Below, piece by piece: positions 1 to 15,300 of a DNA stretch of 64,000 nt. Source of the stretch: Octopus vulgaris. Lineage: Eukaryota. The notes under the pieces are model-generated. The model did no database searches. It worked only from the letters and a program-made list of their open reading frames with translations, and had not been told where the DNA came from. The translations under genes and the position numbers were made by a program. The stretch is taken from the NCBI GenBank assembly GCA_951406725.2, contig OX597835.1, positions 1,054,001-1,118,000 on the forward strand, written 5' to 3'. Numbering within the stretch: the first letter of the stretch is position 1; the number at the start of each line of letters is the position of its first letter.

Positions 1-169
1 GTATATATGATTATATATATATATGACGGGCTTCTTTCAATTTCTGTCTACCAAATCTACTCACAAGGTTTTGGTCGGCTCATGGCTATAGAAGACAGTT
101 GTCCAAGGTACCACGCAGTGAGATTGAACCCGGAAGTACGTGGTTGGGAAGCAAGCTCCTTGTGTGTAA

Positions 170-518
170 TACAATAATGGTGATGTTCTCAACTGTTATA
201 TGGGAATGTAAATATGTTTGCAAATTGTTTTTTTTTACATGTTATTCTGTGTTCTGAATACATTTATTTTAATCAATGTTGCTTACTTCAAGTTATGGAT
301 GATTCTTTTATGATTTCATTGCTTTCATGCTTAGCTTAAGATATTTTCACGCCCGACATCACAAAATGTGTCTGAATAAACATTGCTGGACAGCAAACAG
401 AGACTCGGACATTGCTTAGAAAATATTTTTCATTTTTAACCTCGTATATAGTACGCACTAGGGATTTTGACCTTTAAATTTGGGGGGGAAAATGCGGATT
501 ATACTTGAGGATTTACGG
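170..518. mobile_element. Tc2/pogo-like DNA transposon end
   Basis: Ends in GCGGATTATACTTGAGGATTTACGG-TA (reverse: TA-CCGTAAATCCTCAAGTATAATCCGC); left boundary uncertain. Confidence 0.5.
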
Positions 519-1840
519 TATTTATTGCATACTGTGCAATGCAAGCTGCTATTGAATTCAGAGTTGTGTAGCACTCGTCATCTTGTTAAAATTATTCTAT
601 TAATTTTGGAAAAGGATGAAGGGAATCATACATTTTAATTAATAAATGTTATTCTGAGCTGAAATTCTGATGAGAATGACATTGCCTGTCATCCTTAAAG
701 GGTCAATAAAATAATTACCTGTCAAATACTGGGATTGATGTAATCAACTTGCCTTCCCCTCAAAAATACTAGCGCTGTGCCAAAATCTGAAACTGGTATT
801 ATTAAGTTCCCACCAGTTTTTGGAAATTTATAAAAACAAAGATTACCTTTAATATTTTTTGGTACTGTCCAGCAGCCAAAGAGTTACTGTTCACAGGACT
901 TGAAACAAATAACTAAAAAATAGAATGAAATGAAAGGCCATTTGTAAGAAGTGGGATAAAAGGTTATGTGGTAAGTGAAGTTGGTGGGGAGAGTAGAAAT
1001 AGCGAAAAAAGAAATAAAGTGAAAAAAAAAGGATGTTGAGAAGTAGAAAGGGAAATAGAGGCAATTGAGGTGTTGATGAGGCAAAAGTACAGAGAAATGT
1101 AAGGATTATTAATCAATGGGTAAGTGGGAATGAAAAGTTGAAACATTAGAAGGCTCCGAATTTAAAATGGTCATAGACATTTCAGAGACAGAGAGATCAA
1201 TAGATAGATCCGTTTCCTTGTCAATATCATCAGCTGACTAACCACTAACACAATCAAGTCTCTCTGTGTGCTTGTCTGACTCTTTTCCACAACTTATTTA
1301 CTATTCTTTTTATAAGCTGTAGTAAGCACACTCAAAGCGTGACTGATTTTCAATCAACAATTTTGGATTCGTTTGAATTTTCACTGACATCAGTCAAAGA
1401 ATATGACTTGTAGTTGTTGAGCATCGTTGCTTAGGTTTCTCTTGACACCAACACATCTGTGAACTACTTTGATCTGATTCCAAAGATTACTACAAGACCC
1501 TTGGTCAGACTATTGCTGACATGACAAACTACAGGTTACAACTTTTCATATTAGGAATCCCAAAGAATTCCAAGTTTGAATCACAGCAGAGATCTGCTAC
1601 AGACTGTTTTCAGTTGAACTCACAAAATACATTGAGGCAATAAGTACCAAACGGCGGTTCACAGGTTTGTTAAAGCAATGGTGAACTCAAAAAGGAATAT
1701 TAGAAAAGGAAGGAAGGCAGAGAAGAGGGAAAGGGTGAAAGCAAGAGGGAAAGGAAAGAAAAGAAAGGAAGAAAGAAAAGAAAGAAAGAAAAGAAGAAAG
1801 GATTGAATAAAGGAGGTAAATAAGAGGTTTATATACTAAC

Positions 1841-1956
1841 TTGTTGCAGATATGTTACCATATCTTTAATCTCGGTAGAAAGTGTTACTTGACCAGTTTT
1901 TGGTGGGGGAGTCCACTCTGATGACTTAGACTCTTCATAATCCATTGCAAAATCTT
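1841..1956 (-). CDS. INTS1: INTS1 exon 29 (last seen in window)
   Basis: gttgatcag|AA DFAMDYEESKSSEWTPPP..KDMVTYLQQ|gttagt; 116 nt; phase fits exon 28; weakly conserved region. Confidence 0.8.
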
Positions 1957-3803
1957 CTGATCAACGAAAAAAAACAAAAAAACAACAGTTCACCAGATAA
2001 AAAAAAGTAACAAAACTCACACAACAAATTCTCTAAACAATTACCAGACAATAAATGACAGAAACACAGACATCCATACAAAGCACGTAGTCTTACTTTT
2101 ATTGATCCCGAAAGGACGATAGTCAAAGCGCCCTTACCTTGTGATGACATATAACTGACACCCAATACTACGACACATACTATACTCCACCAACAATTCA
2201 TGTGACATGTATACTATAAAATTACAAGGCACTAAAACACAATAAACCAGCCAGTCGTCTGATCACCTGTCAATCTGGTAGGTACAATAAACAAATGGAC
2301 TCCATCCTCATCAAAAACAGGGACAGGTAGATGCTTGCATATGGGAAGTCCTTCCTTGGTGAAGAATATAAAACCCAAAATAGATTAGTTTCTTCAGAAT
2401 AAGAACTAGGAAACCCAAACACAGAAACTAGTTCAGAAATTGAAGATATGGAAGCTTTAAGAATCATTGAACAGTCAGAGATTAAGAGACGCTCTAATTG
2501 AAGAATTGGAGACACGTAACAGGAGAAAAGAGAATATTCTTGCAGGACTGGAAAAATGGATGCAGTAGAGAATTATACCAGGTAGCTAGAAGAGAAGCTA
2601 GGTGAGAGAAGCAGAAAGGAAGAGATTTGCCAATGTTCTACAGCACGAGAACCAGAAGCATGAGGTATGCCAGATTGCAAGAGAGTGAATCAAAGAAGAA
2701 TGAAGACATCGTGGCAGAGAAACGTGTAGAGAAAGGATAAAAAGTAGAGTTGCAGTTAGGAAGGAGGCATGGAATATATATACCATTAAATGTGGAGAAT
2801 ATATGGGTGAAAGAGCAAGTTCCTAATGTGAAGGATATGAAAACAAGGAAAGCCCTTGATCTATCAGGAATTTATCACTAAGATGCTTAAACAATCAGTT
2901 GAAATAGGATACAGTAAAGTCACCTGTATAATTAATCAGGAAGGTATCATACCCAGCAACTGGTATGGCAGCCGTACAGTCAACTGTTACAAGGGTAAAG
3001 GAGAGAAGTAACCATGGAGGTATCAAACTGCTGGACTGAAGCATGAATGTGACAGAAAGGGTTGCAGAGAGTTAATCTAGATGAGACGTAGTTCGGTTTC
3101 GTGCCAGGGAGAAATGCTATTGATGCTATCTTTTGAATAAAGAAAAACCAAAAGTATTTAGCCAAAAGCAAACTGCTGACCTGGGGGAAGCAATGAATTT
3201 AGTGTGCAGAGAGAGGTTCACCAGGGCTCAGTTCTCAGTCCTCTATTTATCATAGTCCTCCAGGCCATAACAGAGCAGCTTAAAAATGGTTACCTATGGC
3301 AATACCCCTATGCTGATCACCTTGTTATGAAGTAGAATTCAAAGAGACATTCCAAATGTGGAAGCAAATTCTGGAATCAAAGGCCTTAAAGTTAAATTGA
3401 CACAGACCAAAGTTAGCAGGAAAACAGACAAATCACTAATCTCTTCAGGATATGTAGAAAAGGTGTTGACAGAAATTCCATTTGGGGTCTCCACTGCAAT
3501 CTATGAACAGAAGTGCAATGGACTGGCAGGAAGTTGACAGAGAAAGCAGACTTCCCATCATCTCACATTTCTTAACTGTCCATGCTTTTATCATACTGTT
3601 GCTCCCCACCCACCCTCTTTATGTCCTCTTCCCCGACCCACTCCTATTTCTTCTGATTGGACACCCCTCCACTTGTGTTCACCACTCACTGCATTCGTCT
3701 CTATCCCATCTTTAACCATCTGTCACTCTTCATACTCTTAACTTACCTACCCACCCACGCTTCTCATTTCTAGTTTATGCAGTCACTGTGGAAAACAGTG
3801 GGG

Positions 3804-3846
<43 letters not shown>

Positions 3847-6800
3847 AGGGGTGGGTGCATGGGTTGACTGACCTTCTTCATTAGTCGTGGAAGGACTGTT
3901 TTCTTTGAGCATCTTCAGAAATACATGACCTCCCTCGGCCCCGCGAGTGTGTTGGATATCAATGAGCTGGGCTAGGTAACACTTGTCAACACCGGCCTGG
4001 TCCAGAACCAAGCAATCCATCTTGACAGCATGGTCAAGATACTTGAGCAGTTTTGTCATGCTGGACACAGGGATACCAAATGATTGCACAAACAAGAAGA
4101 GCTGAGCAGGGTCGAGGTCTTGAAGCGCTGCAAAGAGAAAGAGGATGGCAAAATGTTGATGTTTCCACATAGTATTAAGGAGGGAGCAGAGAGACAGACG
4201 TGAAGGAGAAAAGAAAGAGGAGATACAAAAGACAGTAGGGGACAAAAACAAGAAGAGACAAAAGAAAAAGGGAGAGGAGATAAGAGAGTGGGAAGAAAGG
4301 AGGAAACACAAACGAAAAAGGAGGATGAAAAGTAAAAAGAAGAAAAAAAAAATCAAAGGCAGAAAAAGGAAAAAATAATGGAGAAGAGGAGATAGCATGA
4401 GACGTGAACGTTAAGAACATCAAACTGAAGATGAACAACTTACCAGCATCAATAAGTCTCTCGATGCTGGACCTAATCATACGTAATTTCAACCAGTCTG
4501 GGAGTAAAAGAGCCTCTTCTGAAGTGTCAAGGAGGAAGGCATTAGGTGGGCTACCTTCTTCAGGGAACCAAATCTTGAGTAATTCTTCATAATATGTTTC
4601 TCCATCTGATAACAAAATAGCAACAGATTAAGATTAATTTTACATTCAAACAAACATAGACACAGCTAGATATTTTGTGCTGAATTATTGACTGAAAACA
4701 CAGGCTTGTCCGACCATTATTAAAGGCTTGAATCTTTGATAATCCTTTTGGGGTCAATAAATTAAGTACCAGTTACGCACTGGGGTCAATGTAATCGACT
4801 TAATCCCTTTGTTTGTCCCCTCTATGTTTAGCCCCTTGTGGGCAATAAAGAAATAAAACATATACAACAGGCTTCCATACAGATTCCATCCACCAAGAAT
4901 TTGAGACCATGAGGCAACAAAAAAAAGAACTCTGCCTCTACACAGCCAAGCGTTATTGAGACAAAAACAGTAAATAGGAAGTTAGAAAGGAAAGAGGGAA
5001 AGCTATACCTTTAGGTGGCCCATATGTCAGCAAAATGATCATGGCATGTACCACCAGCACAAGCATTGTTGCCGAGTCCCCAGACTCCCACTGAAGTATG
5101 ATTTGATCCTGAGTGTTAGACTGTTGGAGGAAGCAAACAAACATTCCATTAGTTACAGAAACATGCATTGAGATTATGATGAGACGAAAGAAGGAAGGAG
5201 TGGGGTGTCAACGATAATCTCCTCCCCTCCATACAAGTAATGCTTTTGCAGGATCAGGGCTGACCTGGGGCTAATATTACCACAAAGAAATAAATTTGTA
5301 GGTATGAAGATGATTAAAGCAACACCAATATACAATCACTACTTATTGTCTTCAGACAAATGAATGGCATAATTAACTGCTAGGGTTTGAACTCAGATCA
5401 AAAACATGCGACACCACAAAGTACTCTTGTCTCCTTCATTCCCCAAGAGATTTTAAAATATTTTTTTTATTTTTACCGACCATTTTAATGCAGCCATGTC
5501 AGAGCATTGCATTAAAAATATCTTCGTCAATTCTATCAACCACAGTAATTTGCCCAGTACTTATTTCATTAACCCTTTAAGCATTCAGATGTAAGGCTCA
5601 TCCATTCAAATAGCTTTCAGATGGTAGAGGAACAAACATAGACACAAAGAGACATACACACACACAGCAGGCTTCTTTCAGTTTCCGTCTGCCAGATACA
5701 TTCACAAGGCTTTGGTTGGTTCAAGGTTATAGTAGAAGACACTTACCCAAAGTGCCATGCAGTAGAACTGAACCCCAAACCATGTGGTGGAGAAACAATC
5801 TTCTTACCACACAGCCACGTATATGTGTGCGTGTGTCATACGAGAAGCTTCTGTACAGTTTCCAGTTACCAGAATGACGAAGATAATAATGGTGGAAATG
5901 ATGATAACTGAAGAGCTGATGATGGTGAATAAAACAATGAGAATAATAATCATCATCATCATTGATGCTGGCATGGGTTGGACGATTTGACTGAGGACTG
6001 GCGAACCAGATGGCTGCACCAGGCCCCAATCTTGATCTGGCAGAGTTTCTACAGCTGGATGCCCTTCCTAACGCCAACCACTCCAAGAGTGTAGTGGGTG
6101 CATTTTACGTGCCACCAGCACAGGGGCCAGTCAGGTGGTACTGGCAACGACCTCACTCGAAAGTTTTTGCACAGGTGCCAGTAAGGCGACGCAGGTAACG
6201 ATTATGCTCAAATGGTGCCTTTTACACGCCACCGGCACGGAAGCCAGTTAGCCGCTCTGGCAATGATCACGCTTGGATGGTGCTCTTGGCACCCCAGAAG
6301 ATGACAATAAAGAAGATAAATGATGAAGAAACCAAGACGGCTCTTGTGCGTTCTTACCCAATCGTAAGCCTCTTTATCCGGTTCTTTTGCTCTGCGAATA
6401 TATTTGGTATAAAGGGAGAGAACTGCAGTTAAGGTTCGGTTTGCCAGTTCTGGTCTGTCACTTTCAGGAGGCACCACGTGACTCATCACAGTCGTGCGTT
6501 CAACAATCAGCTGTGCAACTTCCTACATGTACAAAAGTGCAGAGTTAAACACACCAATATCTCCGTAGCAACTTTCTGCTACAACATTACCTGCAATTTG
6601 GTTCATACTTGTATTAAAATAAACTAAAAAAGAAATAAACTGACTGAAATCTGTTTGCAATCAAATGAATAAATCATTAAGGAATCGGATTTACGGATTT
6701 TTGGAAATGTTAACCAATTGGAAGTTGTGACATCCATGCTATTTTTTTTGCAGGAGTCATGTGTGTTTGTATAACAGAAATAGGTACAGCTGAAAATTTA

Positions 6801-9800
6801 ATCAGGTTTTACAATCATTTTCTACACTTTTTATTTTAATTAAAAAATTTTTTTATTTATTTACTTATTTATTTTTGTTTGTTATTGTAGAAAAACTTCC
6901 TAACAAATAAACAACTAAATTCACCTGAAAAAAAAAAAAATAATAATAATAGAGACTAAACGTTCTCCCTCTATGCGTAGATGATTAAAAATTATTTATA
7001 ACATTGACCCCTTTTGTGTTCCAATATTTCCTTTGAAATGTTCTGCTTTTGTTTCAATTCATTCTTAAAATACAGAAAAATATCGTAAGGTAACTGTCTC
7101 GATCAAGATGATGTTAGGAACACAATTCCATAGAATTCTGATAACAGGTTTTGATTTAGATCACATTAGAACAAGAAGTTTGTATCATAGAATCATGAAG
7201 GGTATTAAAAGGGTTTCAGAGAGAGAGAGAGAGAGAGATGGGGGTGGTGAGAAGAAGAGCAATTACTTACAAATGCCAGGTCATCTAAATTCTGTAAACT
7301 GACATCTTTAACATGACGGTCTAAGAAGATGACATACGCGCTGACCAGAGTTGGGTCAGTTTCAACACGACAGGCCTGGAAATACAGAATTAGTATCGGT
7401 CAACAAGTTCAAAACAAGGATTGGAGGTAGAGTGGTCAATTGATGGTAAGTTAAAAGTGCAGTGACATATTGATTGGAAAAATGTGATGGGCAGCTTTAA
7501 TATTGATACTTCACTGAATCGACAGAGTTGTTAGAGCATCCGAGGGAACGTTTTGTGCTATTTGTTCCAACCCTCTGAGGTTCGAGTTCAAACAGTGGGA
7601 GACAGAATGAGGTAAAGGGTCGATGGGCTGCCACTGGTATAAGGGGGAAAGGAGGAGGTGAAAAGGGGCATTCAATGGAAAATAAAGTGGCAAGGGATGA
7701 CACTCATAATGTGTCAAACAAAGGAAGTAATGAGAGGTGGGGGGGATGCAATAGGGGCAGTTCCAGGTTTCCCATTCCTCTTCATCGTTTTCCGTTTCTC
7801 TAGCATTTGCTTCATCTCCTCTAATTCCATCAACTAAAACCCTTTAAGGCAGTGCTCCAGCATAGCCGCAGTCAAATGACTGAAACAAGAAAATGAATAT
7901 GGTAACCTATCTGTACATGGCCAAAACCAACTTGGTGGCCGAGTGCTGGACCGAGCAACGATGGACAACGGTAAACGAGACCAACAAACTGATTGAACAA
8001 GATTGGTCCAGTCCAGTGCACTGGACCAAGCTTGTCCAGTGCACTGGACCAAACCAGTGGAAAGAAAAGTGTGTGGGGGCTCAACAAAATGAGAAGAACA
8101 CTAAAAGGAGACTTACCTTTCGAATTGCATAGCAGGCCTGGGTCCGGAGGGAATCAAACAAGGGTAAACTGGGGAGGTAGAGAAGTAACCATTTGTGTTG
8201 TGGAATCAACTTCAGAAACTCTTCTTCTTGTTCGTCCACTTTGATGGGTTCAATCTCAGATGGAGGAATGTGAGACATAGACACAACAAGTGACAGACCC
8301 TGTTAATGAATCAGATAACGAGTGAAATAAATCAGCAAACAAACAAAAAAAAAATTCCAAGTAAAAAACTAGAGAAATAAAAAATTTTCAGTTTTTTGTA
8401 TTTAATCCTCATCAACCATCCTCGTTTAGTTTCTGCTTTCCTGGCAGGCATGGGTTAGAGTGTTTAACTGGAACTGGTAAGCCAGAGAGCTGCACCAGGT
8501 TCCCATTTGATCTGACATGGTTTCTATGGTAGGTACCCTTCCTAGCACCAACCAGTCCAAGAGTGTAATGGGTGCTTTTTATATGGCACCAGCATGAGGG
8601 CCTCAGCCTCATCAATGATTCCACTTTGCTTTGACAAGTCTTCTCAAGCATGGTTCACTGCCAGAGTTCTGAGTCCCTTTATCATTGCCTCTGTGAGGCC
8701 CAATGTTCAAAGGGTGCTTTTCACATGCCACTGGTATGGGTGCCTGTTATGTGACACCAGCATCAGTCAAGACCATGGTTTCACTTGACGGAGCTTCTCA
8801 AGCACAGTGTGTGTGTGTGTTAACATCACATGATGGTTGTGAATGAGCATCACTATCATAAATGCAACGTTGTTTGTTTCCAATCCTTTGTGAAAAAAAA
8901 AAACAATGTCAGGCCATCAACGCTGTAGAAATACCTGCTTCAACAAATTCCATCTGGCCCATGGAAGCATAGAAAATTGAATGCTAAAATGGTGAATTTG
9001 AATGAAAGTTTTCTGTTTAAACTCACCTGATTTAACATTATCATTATTGCTTTGATAAGTAACACCTACCTTGATAGCCAGACTTCGACTTGAAGCTTGG
9101 CTGGAAGATAGTCTCTTGAAAAAATAGTCCATAACTTCAAAAGTGGTGGTGCTATCACTTGATGGACTGTGCACCAGCATTTGCAGTTTGGCCAGCAGCT
9201 GTTCTTGTTTCTTCATTTTCTGAAAAACAGAAAGTAGATGGACATTAGCAATGCGTCCTGGCATTGCCCGGGTGTTATGACCCACAACCACATTGTATTA
9301 CTTGTTCCTTTCTTATAGGCAGAATCAGCACAGCCATTGTATAGTGAATTGGATTACTGGTGTAAGGAAAGGGGGAGGGGTACAATTTGAATGGGTTTTC
9401 ATGAAAGTGCTTTCCCTTCTTAAGAAGGATCACAAATTATGTATCTTGCACTGTTGATCGTATCCCACTTTTCCAGGTAGAGATGATAATGGTGAACCAG
9501 CAAGTTATCGATGAAGCAGCTCATTCTCTGCAGATTAATCATGGTTCTGCTTCTCAAATTATCCATGGTGAGCTCGGCTTCCATAAAGTCTGTGCAAGAT
9601 GGCTTACTGCAGAGCACAAGCACAAACATCTTGAAGTCTGCCAATGTTTACTCAATTGCTACAAGAATGAGGGTGAGGAATTACTGAGCAGAATAGTCAC
9701 AGGGGATGAAATGTGGGTCCATCATTATGAGGTCGAATCCAGGAGAGAGAGTATGGAGTGGAAACATCCTGGCTCGCCAGGGGCAAAAAAGATTCAAGAC

Positions 9801-10393
9801 TCAGTTTTCCATGGGAAAGGTGTTGCTAACCCTTTTTTGGGACTCAAAAGGGTCTAAACTGGAAGACTACCTGGAAAAGGGGTGCACAATCAACAGTGCA
9901 AGACACAGTGCTTTGCTGGCCAACAAACGGAAGCCAGCAGTTTGCACCAAACACCCCAAACGCCTATTGTCGAAGAAAGCTTTGTTGTTGCATGATGATG
10001 CATGCCCACACACAGCTGCCCCTTCCCCAGGCCATTGAAACCCTTAACTAATTGGGTTTTGAGGTGCTGGAACACCCTGCCTACAGCCTAGATCTTGGCC
10101 CTTCCGACTATCATGTCTTTGGACTACTCAAAGATGGTTTACGAGGTTGTTGATTTCCTATGGATGAAGATGCGAAGGAAGTGGTGCATAAATGGTTGCA
10201 CAACCAACCAAAAACCTTCTTCTTGGAGGAAGACACAAGCTTGGGGACCGCTGGACCAAGTGCATCGGAAAGGAAGGAGACTATAGTGAAAAATGGTGAG
10301 GACATGTCTATCCCCTGCTTTTGTGGAAGTACACTGAGAAAACAAGAGGATGCAGAATTTTTTACTTTCTCTCATCTCTATAAATAGTATATA

Positions 10394-10426
<33 letters not shown>

Positions 10427-12269
10427 TTATTTATTTATTTATAGTTGTGGCCAAAAGTTTGGAACATAAGTCTGTAAATTAGAATTTTTATATTAAATGC
10501 CTAAATATATACATTGTATATATTCGAATTGAATTGTACTTAGGTATAACAATTTTAGTTTTTTTAAAATGTTCCAAACTTTTGGCCACAACTGTATATC
10601 TGATAAGCTTCTTTCAGTTTCCATCTGCCAAATCCGCTTGGCCAAGGTGCCACTAAACCATGAATCTGTGAAGCAAACTCCTTAATCCTACAGCCATACC
10701 TGCACCTATAGAAACAAAATAAAAAAAAGCATATTCTCGTAAACCCTAAATACTGACCCGCTTCTTCTGTTTCTCAGCTTCGAAATCTGCATCATCATCT
10801 TCTGTTGAGTCTTGTGGATCGTGAAGTAGAAACTCACATAAACACTGCACTGGGAGAACATCCAGGGACCCTTCATTGGATTCGACCAACTCAGCAAGCC
10901 ACGGCATAGATTGTGTGGTACCCTGCATCAGAATTGGTTGAAAGGGTTATTAAGGAACATTAAATTACAGTACGTCTACTTCAGCATGGGTTCCACAGTT
11001 GGATGCCCTTCATAATGCAAACTGCTTTACAGAGGGCACAGGATGCTGTGACAATGACACATGGGGTTGCCCAGTAACTCATCCCCAAACAAAGAAAAAG
11101 ACCCCATGACTGAGTGAGGTTGTAGTAGAGAGGGAAGTGGCTTCACACCAGGTGTTGAGAGGTTAAAGTGTGATAGAGGGACAGGTACAGGTGTCTTGCT
11201 ATAGAGGGATCCGTGTGTGGGTGGAAGAGACTGGAAAGTAGACAATGCTGGCGATAAGATGTTATGCATACTGTCAAGATACAAGAAGGTTAGCACAAGA
11301 GAGAATGTGGTCAGAGAATCGAAAATTGGGGGAATAAGAGTTCATTTAGAGTTAGTGTAGAATGGCAAACGGTTGGAGATGGGGTACAGGTGAACATAAC
11401 GAATGAGACAAGGGCGGAGGTGTGGTCAATGGTAAATATCAGGTGAAAGAAACAGGAGTGGCTCAGGAAGGAAGAGGTGATAAGTGGTAGTATAGAAAGA
11501 GTGGAGTAGTAGTAGTATAATAAATTGGTAGAGAGATCGGGTTAGGGAGTCAGAGATAGATGTACAGACAGAAATGGATGTGAAGAGTATGTGAGAGTGA
11601 CTAGAGTGAGGGGTGAGATGAAAGGTTTGGGGAGGTCAGCAGTGGCAGATAGAAGATGATGTCAAAAATGATGAGATATTGCAGCATCAGGATGTAGCTC
11701 AGAGAAGAGGGACATAACTGAAGGAACAGAATCAGTGGGAAATAAAGTGGAGAAGGCATAATATTGAGAATGATGGATGGATTTCAAGAGGAAGAGGTTT
11801 CAGGGAGATGTGGGAGGAGGCAGATAACTGGTAGCAGAGGATGGGAACGGAATCTGTGCATATTCTGCTCTCATGATTTCAACAGCTGAATGTTTAGAAG
11901 AGTGAAGGGATGAGTGTTGGGAAGATGATAGGGTTGGAAGGGTTGATAAGGGCAGACTGGGTGCAGGAACAGAGTCTGTACAATGATGTCTTTAGGACCT
12001 CACTTTTATCATAAGAGATACAAGTCTTCTCAAGCACCTCAGTCCTTCAATTTCAAAATGTTGAGAGCATTACAGAAAAGATGACACTCATACTTTGTCC
12101 CTTGTCCCCCTGGGATTCTCTCTTCTTTAGATTCTATTCACATATAATGTCAAGAACTTCTTCATACAGCTGTTCCCATCCACAAGCATCATATGGCCAA
12201 ACCAGGGCATTTTCTTTCTTGCACATTACATTTTTCTCTCAGTATATTTGCACTTTGTTGTGTGTGTGT

Positions 12270-12320
<51 letters not shown>

Positions 12321-15300
12321 TACACACACACATACACTGATGTTGCACATCCAACAGTGCATACCAACTTCATTCTTGTTTTGTTAATGTATGCCCTTTG
12401 TATCTAGGGCCCATATCTTCTAACCCTGTTACTGTGCTCTTCATACACAAGTATTATACAATCTGTCTTTCACTCTAAGAGAAAAACCTTTTGTTACTAA
12501 CAGAGGTGACGGACCTTTGAGCTTTCTCCATCCTGTTACTATACTTTCAGAACAGCTTCCTCCACTGCTAATTAGGTCACCTAAGCAACCACTATTAATT
12601 AGGTCACCTAAGCAACAGAAAGTCTCTTCTTGTGGAAAGCCTCCTGGGCATATGTGAAAATCTATTCCCTGAGTGTTCTTTTTATTTACTGCATATATGA
12701 ATACATAGAAAGAGACAGATTACATATAAGACATTTTCAAGCACAGCCTAAGATGGAAAAAAACAAAAGCCCAGTTCGCAGTCTATATATAAAATATTTA
12801 GAATTATACCTCTGTAAAAACAATTTAAAAGACATGAAAACATAATGTAGAAGTCAAAATAAAAACACTGTTCTGATATTATTTACCTGACGTTGAATTA
12901 TATCGAGCAGGAAGTCTGGGTTACGACTTCGGCACAATCGCTGACCAATTTTCAGATTCTGGTTCAAAGTCACGAGCTGCTCAATGACCGTCGAAGGAGG
13001 TTTGCGTAAAGACCCTCTGTTGTAGAAGTAAAGAAAAAAAAAGGGCAAGATTTTCAAATGTACACAATTGAACATAGCTGTAACAGAAAGTAGTAAAGTA
13101 GAAAGCTGTGTGGCACCCTGTTGGACAGACTGACAGTTTGGATGGGCGAATGGCCAACGTAGCAGACTGTCCTCAGGCTTTCTATTTAATACGATGCATG
13201 ATAGCAATATAAAACGATCCTCACACTTGACCAGTACATTTTTCTTATTGATCCAGGAAGGATGAAAAGCAAAGCTGACAACAACACAATTTGAGCTTAG
13301 ATCATACAGGTACCTAACTTAAACAACCAAATGGGTTATGTTCATTTATGTTCTAAATTCAAATCCTACCCAGGTCAACTTTGCTCATTTCATCAAGTGA
13401 CAGTGATAGTTTCTCACACTGGCACAAATTCACCACAGAAAGCAAAGTCAAACCACCACTGTAATGTGCTGTGAGATCATGGATGCGGTACGTGATTGAT
13501 TGAGACTTGCATTATTGATCTGCAGAAACGTGCCATCCAGTATTCTGCAAGAATCCTAAGAACAAAAAGACTCTGGAGGTCTGAGGAGGCCTGTCATCAC
13601 CAAACCTCAAGATAACAATCCTGCTAATTATATAGCTCCAGAACAATGACACCAACAATGCCAGTGATGCTGATGAGAATGGTATCAGGTGTAACATGAC
13701 AGGTAATAACCACAGGATTGGGGATAGGAATGAGAGTGGAACTAAAACAGGAACTGGACAGGGAATGGAATAGGACACGAAACAGTGTAATGGAAATGAG
13801 AACTGGAAATAACCCCTTGCTTTTCCAGGTATCACCAGGTAATTCAGTTGGTTACGTATATGTTTAAATGCACATTGCGTATCCTTCACTGATGTATATC
13901 AGCAAAGGATGTAAACCTTAGCAAGAAAGCCCCAAAGAGAAAGAGAATGCTTTCTGAATGAAGTCAGTGGTGATCTCTGTCTCACATGTTCTCTTGTTAT
14001 TTATCATCATCATCGTTTAAAGTCTGCCTTCCATGCTGACACGGGTGGGACAGCATGGCAGGAGCCAGCCAGCCAGCCAGCCAGCCAGCCAGAAGGCTAC
14101 ATCAGGCTTCTGTGTCTGTTTTGACATGGGTTTTACAGCTGGATGCCCTTCCTAACACCAACCACCCCACAGAGTGGACTGAGTGCTTTTTACGTGGTAC
14201 CGGCACAGTCGAGGTCAGTTTTTGGCATGGTTTTTACAGCTGGATGCCCTTCCAAATGCCAGCCACTTCACAGAAATATAATGAACTAGTGGTTGGCACA
14301 TTGAAAACCTATAATCAATGGCATTACTAGTCATCGATTGGGATATAAAAGTAGTTAAAATTAACAAACATATCAATAAAAGAACGAATCCAATGATGGG
14401 ATGAGTCAAAAATGGAAGAAAGGAATAAAATAAGGGGATGATTAAGAAGAGAATGAACCCCTGAAGGAATCAATAGATGCAAATAAATAAATGAAGCAAA
14501 TGAACAAACAAAAGTAGAAAAGAACAAAGGAATAGAAATGAAAAGTGGAACTTACGAGACATCCATAGTGGTGAGCTGAGATAACAGCAAACTGTTTGAC
14601 TCTGTGATTGTAATTTTACTGGTGGCAGCAGCTAAATGAGACTCAAATTCAAGTATCTCATGTTTCTCTTTTTCATAGAGCTGTAACAACATTAGAACAC
14701 ACATTAGAATACATACACTTGTGTAAGGCGATGCTGGTAACGATCACACTCAAATAGTGCTTTTTACGTTTCAGGAAGCCACGCTCCACTTGGCACAGAT
14801 GCCAGTCATCAAATTTGAAAATTATTTCTATTTTGAAAATTAATACTCATTTCATAAGTAAATTTGGAAAAGTAAAATATTAATTATTGTACATATGATA
14901 TATAACCCTGATATTGATCAGAGAGCAAATTCTATGTTATCATCTGACCAGAGTACATTAGAAACCATAGAATAGAACATGCAAGCTATGACATGCAGAC
15001 TACAACACACATGTAGAACAAAAGTGGCGGCTAGTAGTTGCTATTTAGCCCCCAGATCAACCCTGATCAAGCATTTCTTCTTGTAGGAGTTTAGTCCCGA
15101 GCCAGTATTGATCCAGCATATCTTTGATCAATAACATTTCATAGGAAAACAAATGTCTGTGTGTCAGTGTTTAGCAATAAGGCCAGCTCTGAGCCAGCAT
15201 TCTACCCAACTCATCTTTTGGTCAGACACCTTATATCCGAAATTATATAATTAGGCTGTTACTAAAGCAGGATTTGGCTGCTATTTCTAACAGGTCTACA

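Noticed and set aside
1205-1240. CTGATGA...GAAAC hammerhead-like core on minus strand
   Set aside because: Core nucleotides are present but helix II cannot form properly and helices I/III need large bulges.
12565-12617. 27-bp tandem duplication (and a 17-bp direct repeat near 37171-37217)
   Set aside because: Simple local slippage duplications with no functional indication.
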